A DNA stretch of 64,000 bases from Tubiluchus corallicola (GCA_030141605.1 JAQGDQ010000298.1:1-64000); one strand, 5' to 3'; shown: positions 13,001 to 27,043, counted from the first letter of the stretch. Notes: generated by a model not told the origin, from the letters alone. Numbers and translations are program-made.

Positions 13001-16000
13001 ATAAAATTAGTTGGTGCTACAGACAGGTGCTCCATGCTGCAATGTATTGCATACTTTCATCAGTACAGTAATTATAATGGTTACCAGCACGTACAATCTG
13101 CATTGATCTTGCGCATGTAACAAGTTCGGTGATTGGTCGGCAATCTTCGCAAACTCGTTCTGGTTCCTCCAAGCTTAACTGAGGTAACGGAATCTAAAAC
13201 GAAGATTGAATAAAGTGCAAAAAACATTAATTCACCAGTGCTGCTTTTGTGAAGGATTCTTAAAATTCATGCATTCCAAGTATCTAGTCCATACATCCCA
13301 GAAACATTTCTGCACTATACTCTAAAAGTTTCTACACAAAGTTTACAAGTTTCATAATATAAACTGCAATTTTGAAATATACACAAGTCAATGATGTGTA
13401 ATCGTGTTTTTAATAAATATCTAAAGTAATTGTCGCTTTGTAGTGTTTTTGCGATGGGAGAAGAATAAGTGAATTTTTTTTTGTAAAAATATGTGTGCAA
13501 GACAAATTACAATGTGATGGAACTTATTAATAATTTGAATTTTACCATCATTGATCATTTTGTCCCTTTGCTTATATAAATGTTTACGTCCCTTCGCTTA
13601 TTTGCACTGCCATGTGACCGTGTAATTTTGATTACTCACTAATCCGTGTTCTAGTGTACATTATCAAATACAGTAGGCGCTGTTCAATAGACTCACATTG
13701 GGATGAAGGTGTTCTGACCCAACTAACCGAGTGAATCTGTTGGCTATCGGGTGTACTATTAATGGTATACAAGTATTGAAGTGCATACCCTTCAGCTAGT
13801 ATGTACTGCAAAGGCTACAAGAGCTATTTAATGCAAACATAGACAAAGTATAAAAGTACATATCCTTCAGCTTAGTATGTACTGCAAAGGCTACTAGAGC
13901 TATTTAATGCAAACAGTTATGCATTTTTCAAAACTAGCTCCATGCTCTTAATGGTTCTATTACATTTATGCTCGTAAACTCTCAAAGAATACTAGCAGAT
14001 TACTGTCGATGAATCAGTGGCATAACAGCCACAGTTAAATGAGTCACAGTTCTGTAAAAAGCAGCAAGAGTTTGAAAAGGAACCACTACGCATATGATTA
14101 AAAGTTTAGCTTTCATAAAGTCTTTGGCAACAAGGTTAATTGCAACAGTCGAGCCAGTGACACATTCAAAGCAAAATCGCTACACTAGTAGTACACTATT
14201 AGATAAACGTATCTCCTTGCAAACAAAATGGTACTTAACATGATCGTTTCTAGTCTCTACACACATTATAGTAGACAATATCTAAAATGAGATTCAATGG
14301 TTTCATTGCAGGATTTACGTAGTTACCTTCTCGTGACAACATTTGCTGCACAAGACACGTCCACACTGACGACAGTGATGACGACGTCGAATCTGGTTGA
14401 ATTTCTGAAGGCACAACGGGCAGCATGTGGCTTGATCATCCTCAACCCACCTGTGGGAAACATCTAAATTATAATCAGTTTGTGGGAAAACTGACAAATT
14501 TTGTTAGACAAAGAGCAAAAGCAGTAAAAAAGATCAAGGGGAATTAGTGCAGCTAGCTAAACAATTGATAACATTACTTACTTTAGTTCTGTCAGGAAAC
14601 AGAAAAAGAGTTGCATTCTCGAAATGAGTTACACAATTCAATTCAATTGTAATTTATTTATCTCTTTATAATACTACAATAAAGCATGATTAATAAAAGA
14701 ATCACTAATAAGTTTGGAAGAATGGTTAAAATGTATAGAAAGATCTAGAACTAGAGAAAGGGTAGCGAAAAGACTATATAGTCACCTAGTCTGCTACCCT
14801 TTACCGAATATAAATAAAATGATTGTTAAACATTGATGGGAATTAATGTTATCAGTTTAATTTAGCAAACATTAATAATTTTAAAATTATGACATTTGCT
14901 ATATAATCCAGAGAAAAGAATTAATGTACTTTAATTAGCGGGCAACAAAATAAGGTCAGTCTTGATTAAACTAAAAATTCCATTTAGATTTTATGTGAAA
15001 TACAGGTCAAAATTGTTATGAAATGACAAAAACACTTTGGGTTAATAATGCTATTAATCAACAACAGGAGTTAAATACATTTTGATTTGAGTTCAACTTC
15101 ATTATTAAGAACAAATCTACTGACTTGGACAATAATACTAAATAACATAATTCTCAATATACTGATAGAAGAAACATTTAGCTATACAGGTTTTGTAGTA
15201 ATTTTATAAAAGAGAGGTAAGACTTGTGAAATCTGTGAAGAACACTCATTGAGCTACTACAAATTTGGGACCAATGGTTTGTTCACCTTGAATTGCAGGC
15301 AGTTCACCTACTGTTTACATGACAGGACCCAACTTTCCATAATATACATGCAATTATTTGTCACCTAATCACACACACAAATCTACACGTAATCCTAATG
15401 TTGTGTTAAATTTCAATTCTGCATATTGAATATATACATGCATCCCTGGTATAACATCAACATGTAAGTGATTAAACTTTCTGGCAAAGACAGCCAGAGC
15501 TTCAAAAGCAAACTGCTAAGGAAGTGATTGTTTAGCTTTCAGGAATCCTTGGGTAACCAGGTTAATTGCACTGGATGAGCCGGTCAAAGCAAACCATTAG
15601 GTTAGCATATTAGTGTTTGATAAACGTTCCTGCTTACAAACAAAATGGTACTTAACATGATTGTTTCTATGTATATTATAGGACAAAAGCAAACTAAGAT
15701 GATATAAAAGTCATAAAAGCTTATTAGTCACACCAAAGTGTCTTATTGAAGCATGTGAAGCAATAATATTGAGTAAATTATGCGGAGCTATTTGAGTCGA
15801 TTACCAACATTTTTATGTACATTTGCATAGAAGCAGGCGTTTTTGAGTCAATTACGCGATTGAGTCTATTAACCGTGAGTCTGTTAAGCAGCGCCTACTG
15901 TAGTACCAGCCAAATAATCACAGTAATAGTTCAGCAACTATAATAGTAATCGCCATCCACAACGCTTTATAATAATAGTTACTAGCTGGCAGACCAAGTA

Positions 16001-16287
16001 CATAAAAAGTGAGTGAAAGTAAATAAAAAGATATTCATACTCAACCTATCAAACAATAATATTATAATAAGCCATTGATGGCTACGTGTAGACAATCTTA
16101 CATTTACAAACTTACAATGAGATACCATACACAAACTAAAAAATTATAAATACCATCACTAAATAATTCACCTTGATCGACTCAGAAGAAAAGGTTCTCT
16201 TTTAAAAACGTTTTTATTTCCTTCCACAGCTGCGGGGCGGATAACTTTGCCTTCAAGCTTTAATGGTCGGGACAAATCATATTCCAT
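968..16287 (-). CDS. FYVE zinc finger plus armadillo/HEAT-like repeat protein, spliced, 3' end unresolved
   Basis: Phase-compatible GT-AG exons: 16172-16287 (MEYDLSRPLK...), 14327-14450 (WVEDDQATCCPLCLQKFNQIRRRHHCRQCGRVLCSKCC: WxxD and RRHHCR), 13095-13193 (RVCEDC), 12574-12639, 11005-11173 (VVELGGVQTLIYL), 8153-8307, 7344-7478, 6810-6917 (MQEAALKVLCYLS), 5400-5486, 4608-4739 (VQVHTSRAIANFA), 3321-3451, and tentatively 968-1064. About 470 codons, no stop reached. Confidence 0.85.
1485..1855. repeat. (GACT)n microsatellite followed by a degenerate (TAGG)n tract
   Basis: Directly visible; explains the SVSQ-repeat ORFs. Confidence 0.97.
1990..2540 (-). mobile_element. 3' end of an L2/CR1-group LINE, apparently inserted in a TA-flanked CAGTC-ended MITE (about 1921-2833)
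   Basis: Minus strand reads HYSTRFNEFLIKYCRTDEARHFITNTGPRLWNNISL, then a 3' UTR hairpin (GGGGTGCTC...GAGTACCCC) and a (TAAA)n tail at about 1990-2010. Related MITEs at about 22770-22916 and 51696-51906. Confidence 0.65.
3847..4476. mobile_element. hAT-like MITE nested in an older MITE (about 3530-4565)
   Basis: Imperfect TIRs CAGTGGCAGACTGG / CCATTCCGCCACTG. The two flanks join into a sequence matching 15780-15875. Confidence 0.55.
4803..5345 (+). mobile_element. 5S rRNA-derived SINE (SINE3) with RTE-type tail, copy 1
   Basis: About 120 nt of 5S rRNA head (4803-4923, with box A AGTTAAGCAG and box C GGGTGGGTGACC), a body of about 420 nt shared with 24939-25453, and a tail CCGAGACAGAAGGATGC(CAA)n. 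Confidence 0.9.
7750..8130. repeat. Degenerate pentamer (CTACG/CTATG)-based tandem repeat
   Basis: Directly visible; explains the YATTL-repeat ORFs. Confidence 0.92.
8428..8903. mobile_element. Non-autonomous hAT element (MITE)
   Basis: TIR CAGGGGTGTGCAAATT / AATTTGCACACCCCTG, perfect 8-bp TSD ATCTAGGT (8420-8427 and 8904-8911), and subterminal GCGGCCCG repeats. Confidence 0.95.
13671..15900. mobile_element. Two partial copies of a Tc1/pogo-like MITE whose outer TIRs flank FYVE exon 2
   Basis: TA|CAGTAGGCGCTGTTCAATAGACTCAC ... GTGAGTCTGTTAAGCAGCGCCTACTG|TA. An internal segment occurs twice (about 14130-14270 and 15560-15680). Confidence 0.7.
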
Positions 16288-17492
16288 CTTTTTATTTATT
16301 AAACAGTAAACACAGCAAAACGCCCACCTGCAGCTAGGGAGCAGCCATTAGTGTTTCGTGTTTATTTTTTGAATAGAGTAGTACACCTTCATTTTTATAT
16401 AAATACTTATTTTCGCACTAAAGCCGCACAATAACAAATAAAAACTGTCTCTCCGTTAATAGTCAGCGAAATTTTTAATAACAGTTAACAATTACGGAAA
16501 CTGAAAGAATTTTTTTGTTTCTTTAAACAACGGAGTGCACCCATCTAAACGCATGGCGCGATGGTCAAGAAAACAGGCGATTTTGCAATTTTGTCACGTG
16601 TTCATAATTATGTAATATATTTGACTGTGGTTTGCATCACTCAGAAGATATCAGATATTCTGAATCGTAATCGGTTTGTGTTTGCACATTTCTTGTTTTG
16701 CGATACGCGTTATAGAATGATGCTAATTTTAATGGCATTGAATGTTTGTTGACTGCATGTACTTATGATATAGATTTTAATTAAATTTTGTAGTTATTGT
16801 GTATACAAGTCTAGAACTTGTGGTTGTGGTCCCAGAAATAATAATTTTGATTACACAAAGATTACGTTTGCTATCATACGATAATTACTAAAAGTGAATA
16901 CGGTGAATTTCTCTACTTTTTTACTCAAGTTTATATGTACTGTAGTCTATAGTATAAAGCATAAGTCTGTGAATGAAACGTAAAACCAAATAAAAGTGTA
17001 TCGAATTGGACAGATTACGCGGCATGGAATCACTTGATTAAAAATAATTATGTAGACTCTCCAACTACCTCGACTTGACACGTGTCCCAGAAAAAAATAA
17101 TGGGCAAAGTTGCACACTCAGAACATTATAAGACGTTACTGTGCTGTTTTTTGCTCATGATTAATCTTAATTATGACATGTTTAAAGTGCAAAATGGATA
17201 TGGCAAACTCGATATCATAATGGCAGTTCCAGGTCACTTGATGGCCGTAATTTTTGTTCATTCTGACGTAGTGCAAGCCAACATTCAGTGGCAATACCCC
17301 TTATTACATTGATAGATATGGCAGAACTGGAATCTAGCTGATTACCATGATCTTTTAAAGTGAAATTCAGAACTGAAATAGCTGGAGGTAGTGTGGCAGA
17401 TGAACCTTGTTAGAAACTACATTCCCGGCTTCAGTCATTCATTTACTAACCAGGCCTAGCATTGCTTGAAGGGAGAAAAAGAAATATTAAAG

Positions 17493-17524
<32 letters not shown>

Positions 17525-18932
17525 CAACAAATTTTCCGTACAAGGTTATATTTCTTTGCATTGCACTTGTCTATTTGAAAGGCTTAAGAAAATTCTTAAT
17601 AATTTAATATGTTCGGACCATCTAGTAAAATGGCACTGCTAAGCTATCCCAGCATGCAACACTGATTCACCAAAAATGCATTAGTGATCTTATTGACTAT
17701 ATATAAACAATTTGAACTTTTGCTTAGTTAGCAAAAACATACTGCGAAAAATCTGATTATTCTTTAAAACTTTACACAATGTTATCTAAACTTGGTTCAA
17801 AATGAGTTACCATTGAAATGGCTGTGCCTGACGGTCGTCGCGGGAGTTTAAATTTACAAGTTTTGTACAGCGTTACTGATAACACAAGCTTTGTGTGCAG
17901 TAAGACAGCATGTAGGTGATATAAAATTTCAAGGTCAATTTGTAAAAAACTTTATTTATGAAAAGTGTTAACTTGTACTTTAATTGTAATAGCCAAGCAC
18001 ACACTATGACCTTTCAGCTGTTTTTTCTTATCCTAAGTGACATACTAAGATGCATGGAAATTAGTTACAACGTACTGAAATTAATCGACAACCTTTTGAC
18101 TCACATAGAAAATAGCACTGCCTCTATTGATTCATATCTCTTGCAATGCTTGATGAGTGTTAATAGAATGCAGAGGCTTAGTCATAAACATGATGCAGAG
18201 CTGTTTGCGTTCACAGGTTATTTGTGAACTATGAGCTACACACACACCTGCTGCTGAACCCATAGAGGATTAGCTATGCAGTTATATAGTTATTTTTATG
18301 CTGCAGGTATGCAGTATCTTTAAAATTGATTACCTTTGGTTGGTCTTTTGATCTTGACTCACTTTTGTTACGTAAACACCTACATAAATCATACATGTCA
18401 TTTGAAATTAATATACGTGTCTCAAACATAACCCATAATCTGCTTCGCTTGCAACTCAATGTTTGTTTGACTTGGTCTTTTTTTGTTGCAAGGTTTGTTT
18501 GATTTGCTGTCTGAAACAGATTCTATACTTGTGCTTTGTGCATTGTCAGTGAAGTAGTTATTTATCTGAAACTTAACTTTTATAACTACCCCATAAACAA
18601 GTACTCGTTCAATTTTTTTTCATGAATTCGTCTTTTATCATGTACAAACAGAATTACTACAGGTGTTTTTAGTTCTTAGCAGATTATAAAACTTGATCGC
18701 TAGTCATCGTCACATTCAGTTCACCTACTGTGTGATAGACACGTGCATAATGTTTAACAATTCAAAATGATTAATAGGTTTGCCTTTGTACTGTCAGATT
18801 AGCAGCACTAGCTGATATCTTGATCTGCTTTTCTTGCATGATTCAGTCTAATATTCTTTGTGCATATATAGCTGTAAACTGTGACTGCTAGCCTATTCGT
18901 GTGCTGGGACATACATCAGCGCATTATCGACA

Positions 18933-21900
18933 ATGGCTCCTAGAAATTTTACCCTCTCAAATTCTGATGAACTGAATCTCGTGCCTGAAGAAGATGCCAT
19001 TGTTTCTACTGAGCGGGAGAAACGACTACCGTTGCGAATAGTGTGGAGAAATGTCATTTGGTTGTCATTTCTTCATGCCGGTGCCGTGTATGGGATCTTC
19101 TTGTGCTTTTACTGCAAGTGGCAGACAATCTTGTTTGGTTAGTATTTTTGCTGCTTCTAAATATGCTTCAAGCACTTTTTAGATATTTAACTTAGAGTAA
19201 ATTAAAGGACAAGAAAAGGGGCACCTGAAGTAGGTTTCACAAAAATTGCCTTAAAAAATTATATTACTTTACAGCAATTTTATACGTACATCATACTCGC
19301 AATGAAAGGATGTTTTGTTTGTTTTCATTTTAAATCTCCCTCAATACAGTTCCGACGGCGCCATTACATGACGTCACTATGCCACGTAAATCAGGGGGAA
19401 AAAGGCACTGTTAAATTATGTCACAAAAAACTTTCCGTGCAAATCTATATTACTTAGCATTTCACTTACCTGCTGGAAAGACTTACGTAACTAGAAATAA
19501 TAATTTAAAATGTTTTAGTCAATTGGTAAAATGTCGCTGACTCACCCTACAGGGTGCGCCACTCACTAACCAAATACGTATTTTTAATCTTATTGACAGG
19601 ATACAGCAATTTAAAATTTTACTTAATTAGCAACATGTATGTTACGAATGCTCTGGTTATTTTTCAAACTTAATGTTATCAAAACTTGTTTCAAATGACC
19701 AACCATTAATCATTTGGTTGGTCATCGCCTAACGGTCATCGCTGGAGTTTAAATTTACAAGTTTTATACAGCGTTACTGCTGACGCGAGCCGTGTGTGCC
19801 AAAAGGCAGTATGTAAGTGGTATACAATCTTAAGTCGAATTTTTCACACTTTATATAAGTGGAGGGTTTTCTTGTGCTTTAATGCTACTTTTGCTATTTA
19901 GTTTAAACAATATTTTTATTTGATAAGAAACATTACAATCATAAGTACATTCATAATAAAAACAATAGGCACTTAATCACGCTCTGATTGGCTAACAGGT
20001 ATGGTTTATATAAAAACCTGTCAGAGAGTAGATAACCTGTCATTCATAAGTTACGCACATGATTGCGAGAACTGTTAGTTAGTTTACCAAATTGCTTAAC
20101 AAAAATTTGTTTCTACCGTCTTTGAGGTGTTCTTGTATTAACTTGATGGTAGTTATTAAGCATCATGTTGTTTAACACAAAAGTTATGTTAATTTAGCAT
20201 ACCTACTGTATGTTGGTGGCGGTATTGGAGTCACAGCTGGAGCTCACCGTCTTTGGTCTCATCGTTCCTATAAAGCCAAACTTCCCTTGCGTATTATTCT
20301 CGCTTTTCTACAAACTACGACATTTCAGGTGAGAAAACTTGCGATGTGAATTAACTACTTTATTTTCTCGCAGTGCTAACAATAATACTTTAAAACATGG
20401 TGTTGTAAACGTTTTGCATCAGTCGTAATACAAAGTAATATAATGGCAAGCATGAAGTGAGAACAATGGATGAGCATTGAACATTCGAACATTCTGATTT
20501 AAAAATTAGAGGAAGCGACTATGATCTAAATATAATATAATGTAATATAGTATAGTGTAGTGTAGTGTAGTGTAGTGTAGTGTAGTGTAGTGTAATATAT
20601 ATAATATGATATGATATGATATTATATATATATATATATATATATATAAATATATTTATGTTCTTTATGTAAATATTTATTTTATTTGTCTTGCATAAAT
20701 ATTTTTAATTGTGATTTTAACTAAGCTTTGGTTTTTATTCTATCATACTTTTTATGTACCGAAATAAACGTAAAATAAAATAAACTAAACTAAATTGTGT
20801 AGAAGTGACAATAATATGCTATAATATATACACCCTGTGATTTATGTACAGTTATTTGCTATTTTGTTATTTTGAAACTTGTTATTTACTTAGTTTTTAT
20901 TACTGAATCATTCATTATAAAAATACTTAACAATGATAATCCATCACCATTACGACAACGATATCAAAAAACAACAATGACGATGTGATTGTCACTATAC
21001 TTGTCTTTAGAAGTTTTAATATATTCCATGTCAATATCGGGTGTCAAAATACATGTTGCCAGCATTATATGCTCTTTAAGATATATAACACTCAACCAGT
21101 CAGTTACTATTCGTATTCCTTTGTATTTAACAATTTTTCCTTAACTATGGGACATGTTTTGTAGAATGATATCTATGAATGGTCAAGAGACCATAGAGCA
21201 CATCACAAATACTCGGAGACAAATGCTGATCCTCACAATGCCAGAAGGGGATTCTTTTTCTCTCATGTAGGCTGGCTGCTCGTGCGGAAGCATCCGGATG
21301 TGAGAGAGAAGGGCAAGAGACTTAGCATGCAAGACTTAATAGATGATCCCGTTTTGAGAATTCAGAGAAAGTATGTCTCTAAAAATACAGTTATTGCAAG
21401 TTTTGTCTACATCCTAAAATCTGATATTTGATTATTTTTCCAGTCTAGTTCATTGTTTTTTGACAAAAGAACAGCCGTGAATTCCTGTTGATCTCCTAGG
21501 CCAACCAGCCTATATAAGCCAAAGTTTTTAATTTTCTTATTTTCAAGTATAAATCCCACTTTCAGTTTTCAGGTTATTGAACATTTTTAAATATCGGGGG
21601 GGGGGGGGGAGTAGAAGTTTGAGTTCATAGGCTTGCAGTGCATCAGAAAGCTTGCTTTACGATCACAGGACACTTTTCATGAATATTAGAGCAGAACTGG
21701 CGCTGTCGTACTGTTGTCGTAATTGTAGACTAGAATCATTTGTGCTCAAGAGCGTTATACAATCACAAGCTGACTGTGCGTTTTTTATGGTCAGCTTCGA
21801 CAGGTTCTGCACGATTCTGTCATTTCAAGCTTGGTGACATTTACTTGTGTTTTGTCTCCTCTCATTATGTCTAAAGAATTTAAATCTTTTTAATTCATCA

Positions 21901-23771
21901 AGAATTTCTCAAGGAAGTCAAGGTTCTGACAATGATTACGTGTATTGTGACATCATTTCAGAATTAGAATCATGCAGCGCAAACTCTTTCGTGTTAATAT
22001 TTAAATTCATAAATCCATATAAGGTCTGGATTTGTATTAATTCTTAACGAAACCACATTGTAAATTGAAATTTGGCGGCATAAAAATAAAATGAAAAATT
22101 CAGCAGTGCATATAAAAGTGTTAAAGTCAAAGGCTACAAAAAAGCTAAGATAATAAAAAAATTCACAAATTTTAAATATACCCCTGAAGTTATAAAGCGT
22201 TGACTGGGCGTCTTTCACACTGTCTGAGTGAAAAATGGTAATAACATTGAAAACGTGAATAGATTGATTCTATTTCAAATAGTTTGTTTAAAGAAAATGA
22301 ATATTTTTGAGCTCGAATATGATTTAATGCTTATTACTGCTGTTGACGTTAATTGCTTCTCATTTCCAGGTTCTATATCCCATTCATGTTACTCCTGTGT
22401 TTCGTACTTCCCAGCTGGCTGCCAACACTGTGGAATGAGAGTTTGTGGAATGCATATTTTATCTGTGGACTTTTGCGATATGCTGTAGTTCTCAACGCCA
22501 CATGGCTCGTAAACAGCGTGGCGCACATGTGGGGCAATAGACCGTATGACAGGTAACACTGTATGCTGTTTTTTGTGATTTGCAAAGTAACCGAGTAGGT
22601 CACAGTTTACTTTTTTGAGCTTCCTCATCAGGGACAAACATTTGCAACAAGCTAAAAAGAAGTGGAACTTAGAAAAAGTATTATAAATCGTTTTGGAATG
22701 TTCACGTTTCTGATATGTTTGTTGTCCTATAGTGTTGGAAAAATTTTGGAAAGTTTGTGTCTTAAGAATGCAGTCAAACGTTGTTGTAACTGTGCCAACT
22801 TCGCTTAATGCCCAATTTTTGGCAAAAAAGTGTCTCTATTTGCGTAGACGTGTGTATTAATGCACCTCGTTATAATGAAAAGTCCCAATGTAGGCGATAT
22901 AAAGAGGTTTAACTGTGCCTTCGACTAAAGTATGTCCTTGTTACACAAACCTACTTCTCTTTAGCTTGTAAAGATGTCTGCACATCATTTTATTGATTTT
23001 TTGCAAGTGCTCCTATTTGTGCTCTCACATTCTCCATTAGCTCTGCTGTGTAGTTGTGTCATAGTGCACTGTGTGTTTGTAGTTCATCTTTTATTTTTGA
23101 ATTTCTAGTTGCACTTATAGTTTAGCTTGCACCAGACGCATTTGCCCAGAACAGTGTATGTTTTTACATGAACTAGCACTGATTGCCTGTCTTTTTTATT
23201 ATGATGGTCAATGTTTTTAAAAAGGCAAAATAAAGAATATATTACTTCTGCTGCTACACCACCACCACCGCTACCACCACTACAACTACAACTACTATTA
23301 CTACTGCACTACTATTACTTTTACTACTACTACTACTTCTACTACTGCCACTGCCACTACTACTGCTGCTGCTGCTGCTGCTGCTCCTGCCACTGCCACC
23401 ACCACCACCACCACTACCACTACTACTACTATTATTATTTTCACGTAAGTCACGTAAGTGAAACTGATCACTTGTAAATGAATTCTAGATTTATCAACCC
23501 CGTGGAAAGTTTGTTCGTGTCTATCGGAGCTGTCGGGGAGGGATTCCACAACTATCATCACACCTTCCCCCACGATTATGCTACGAGCGAGTTTGGGAAG
23601 CTGTTCAATCTAACGACGGTTTTCCTGGATTTTATGTACTACATTGGACAAGCGTATGATAGGAAGACCGTGCCCAGAGACGTAATAGCCAGGCAGCAGG
23701 TACGCAAGGGTGATGGAACTACAACTTTTCATGGTGTCTTAGGTGAAACAACAATGGCTGCAAAATGCTGA
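18933..23771 (+). CDS. SCD: Stearoyl-CoA (acyl-CoA delta-9) desaturase, 5 coding exons
   Basis: Exons 18933-19137, 20198-20328, 21165-21370, 22370-22552 and 23489-23771, phases consistent. His boxes HRLWSH, HRAHH and HNYHH; also IVWRNV, DPHNARRGFFFSHVGWLL, NATWLVNSVAHMWGNRPYD and FPHDYATSE. Confidence 0.98.
19203..19890. mobile_element. TTAA-flanked (Kolobok-like) non-autonomous element, family B
   Basis: Begins TTAA-AGGACAAGAAAAGGGG. Inverted copy at about 31270-31929; partial copies at about 17560-17990, 52130-52265 and 59450-59870. Boundaries approximate. Confidence 0.6.
23255..23440. repeat. Compound trinucleotide microsatellite (CCA/CTA/CTG) in SCD intron 4
   Basis: Directly visible. 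Confidence 0.95.
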
Positions 23772-24938
23772 GGCATGCCTGGGCTTTTTATTAATCTGCA
23801 GAATTGGTTCTTGAAAATTTTTAAGCAAAATGTTTTCCCAAGTTCGCGAAAATAATATGATTGTATAATATTTATATTTATTTTCGAAAGTTTCATTTTT
23901 TCTTTTCTTTGATATAAATGCCCGGTGATATTGTATAAAAGAAAATCGTTGTGATATTGATTAAGACATTTGCGTGGTTTTACTTCTCTTTATCATCACA
24001 TTTATTTGTATCTGATATTATTTAACACGTTGCTGTTTTTGAACTTTGTGAGAGCCACTAAGAATCGTGAGATCAAGTCATTAATTTCAATTTTTAAGTT
24101 TTATTTTTGCTTTTCAAATCTTTTAGCCACCTACCTGTGACTTAAAATTGACCGTGAAACATTATCAATATAGTAGCCTGGTATAATTTAGTTTCCATGT
24201 GCAAACAGGCCTTTAGGTATCATTGTGCACTTGGATTCGAGCTGTGTGGACGTAATTTGGCTGCTGATTTAAGTTCTTTAACCTTTTTTATTGCATATAA
24301 ATATTGTGTTCTAGACCAGTATTAAAAAACTACAGACTACTTATTTATTTGCGTATTTAAATTATACACTGTACTAGTTTTTAGTTCAATATTGTCCCTG
24401 ATCTAATTATTTTATATTGAGTGCTTGTTGTGATTTAGTAATGGGTCCTGTATATATTTTAACTGCTGATTTCAAGTTTTTAATACTGTAATTTAAAAAA
24501 AATGTGTGATAAACTTGTCAGGACCTGCTACATTGCCTTGAATCTTGAATTTGTATGTGACTATATTTTATCAAAGAATTTCAGCAACTTAACACATAAT
24601 TATCTGAGATATAAGCCTACTAGCTGAGATGAAAACTAATTATGTTGGTATGTTTTAGGGCATTAAAAAAAATAAATTTGTTCTTTGACACAAAAAAAGA
24701 ACGATGGTGAGACGAGGTTTTTATTTATTTTTTATTTCAAGAAAAATGTTCACTAGCTAATTTCTCGGGATATTAGTTTAAATCTGTGTACTGGTTACTT
24801 CACATGCCTGTGATACAGTCTTCGGCTGCATGAACACGTAGTATATGTCGTGTTCTGAAACAATTGTGTGACTATAGTTGACATGCACTCGGTAAATTGA
24901 CCTTATGAACTTAATCGCATTTATGCTTTGCTTGTAAC

Positions 24939-25453
24939 GTTGTTGGCATCCTTCTGTCTCGGAAGACAATGGAGTGTGCACCAAGAGAGTCAGTTATGGA
25001 TCACATTGATGGAGCTGCAGCGTCGAATGTGGCTGAGCAATGCGATCCTTGAACGTCTCCAGGGCGCGCACGCCTGGGCAAGGTGTATGGAGATCATGAG
25101 TTGCCCAGACAACAGGAACCCTCTCTCTTCCTCCCTGGTGTAGTCCAAAGGAAAGCGGAGCGATGCGTTTGGCTGCAGGAGTCAGTGAGCATGCTGCACT
25201 GGTCCACGTTCGGGGCTCCACTCCTTATTTGGAAGTTTTACTCTACACATGGCCGTTGGGTCACTTGACCTCCTCCGCCCTCTAGCCGTTTTCTGCTTGT
25301 GCAGCTCCTCCGCCTAGTGTCAAGATACAGTATGGGTATCCCGCAAGCCTACAGCACCTGGTATTCCTAGGCGGTCACCCATCCAAGTACAAACCAGACT
25401 CTATGTTGCTTAACTTTGGTGAATAGACGAGAATCGGTGTTTTCAACGTGATA
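24939..25453 (-). mobile_element. 5S rRNA-derived SINE with RTE-type tail, copy 2
   Basis: Slightly 5'-truncated 5S head at about 25345-25453, same body as copy 1, tail translating as RIALLSHIRRCSSINVIHN*, and a candidate TSD TGTAAC at 24933-24938 and 25454-25459. Confidence 0.9.
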
Positions 25454-25635
25454 TGTAACAGTGTAGCAATAGATTAATAATGCATCCAATCACCAAATTT
25501 ACACAGATTTTTGGGCCGGCATTAACAACCCTAAAACGATTGATTGATTGATTGTTTAGTGTATATTATAATTCTTTTTCTATTATAAAACCTGCAGACG
25601 TTAACTGAGGTGTGTTGTAATACATTCGTATTGTG

Positions 25636-25835
25636 AGGTTAGTATCGTGATGTGTTGTAGCCTAACCTAGCTGTATCGTTACAGCCCTAGCCATCAATGC
25701 TAGGTTAGTATCGTGATGTGTTGTAGCCTAACCTAGCTGTATCGTTACAGCCCTAGCCATCAATGCTAGGTTAGTATCGTGATGTGTTGTAGCCTAACCT
25801 AGCTGTACCATTACAGCTCTAGCCATCAGTGCTAG
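25636..25835. repeat. 66-bp tandem repeat, 3 copies
   Basis: Units start at 25636, 25702 and 25768. Confidence 0.95.
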
Positions 25836-27043
25836 TACATACATGCTTGCATTGACGAAACTCAAAATGAAATTTTGAGTCAATATTGCATATAAGCCTT
25901 GCAATGCCAGCAATATGAATAAATTCACTTCATCGCTTGTCATTACTCTCGCATGTTCCGTAAAATTCTTACATGTTTACAGTAAAATAGGAAGAAACTG
26001 CATGCAAGCCTGCACAAGTTCCCATAGCTAGGATGTATACAAGAATGATCAATGAATTAATCCATTAGCACACCGCAGTAAGCATTGTCTACATGGTCGG
26101 TTAGGTTATGAATTTTATTACAGTAGACTACAGATGTAGTAGACTAAACCCATTTTTGTACAATTTTTACTTTTCCAGTCTTTGAACTACTTTTGGGACG
26201 AGTAAAGACTGTATACTGTTTCAAAAGTAACGTATGAAAACGTGGATAAATTCAGTTCCAAATGTAATAAAACACAGATAAACTCACATCATAGATCAAT
26301 GAACAAATTGGGGTAGAAGTAAATGATTTTTATTTCATATTTCACACTGTACAAGATGTTTAGCATGTTTTATACAATAATGAAATACTAAATACATAAA
26401 ACACGTACTTCAGATCTGTTCAGTACTTACACAACACAATCCAGCTCCTTAACCGATGCAGTATTTCTTACATGGAAAATAAGCCGGCAATTTTTAAATT
26501 CTTTCAAAAAAAGTTCATTCAATTTAAAAACAATAAAAAATTTAGACTTGAACAATAATAGACACCAATCTATACTTGATACAAAAACAAAGCGAAGTTC
26601 CATACATAATCATAATTTTGTTAATCTTGCTGCCATTAGTTTGCAAAAGGGTTGTTATTTCATAACGGTCGGTTCAACATACATTTTTGCTAGTTCACAA
26701 AGTTCGTACTTTATTACATTACCTTCAAAATGTAGCCATAATCAAAAATCGTTTTTTGCTACAATTAACCCTGTACCTAGTTAACATCTTAACACTGTAG
26801 TAACCCACAAACATAAAAACACGTACTGTCTTGGTGTCGTATGGAATGTACAGGCCGAGCATCCTCGTAAACTATTTACACGGTTGACTTGCACGATACT
26901 GAATACACGATTGTTCAAGCATGAACCAAAAGGACGTCTTTTAAAGCCCATCTATAGTTTAATTACATACACAAGTAAAGAACACTTTCAATGTATTAAA
27001 ATATTTCAACTGTTCAACTAGAGACATTACTTTATTGTGCATT

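Noticed and set aside
17004-17040. SREBP/NF-Y-like sites upstream of SCD (ATTGG, ATCACTTGAT)
   Set aside because: The motifs are short and imperfect and the transcription start is unknown, so they cannot be distinguished from chance.
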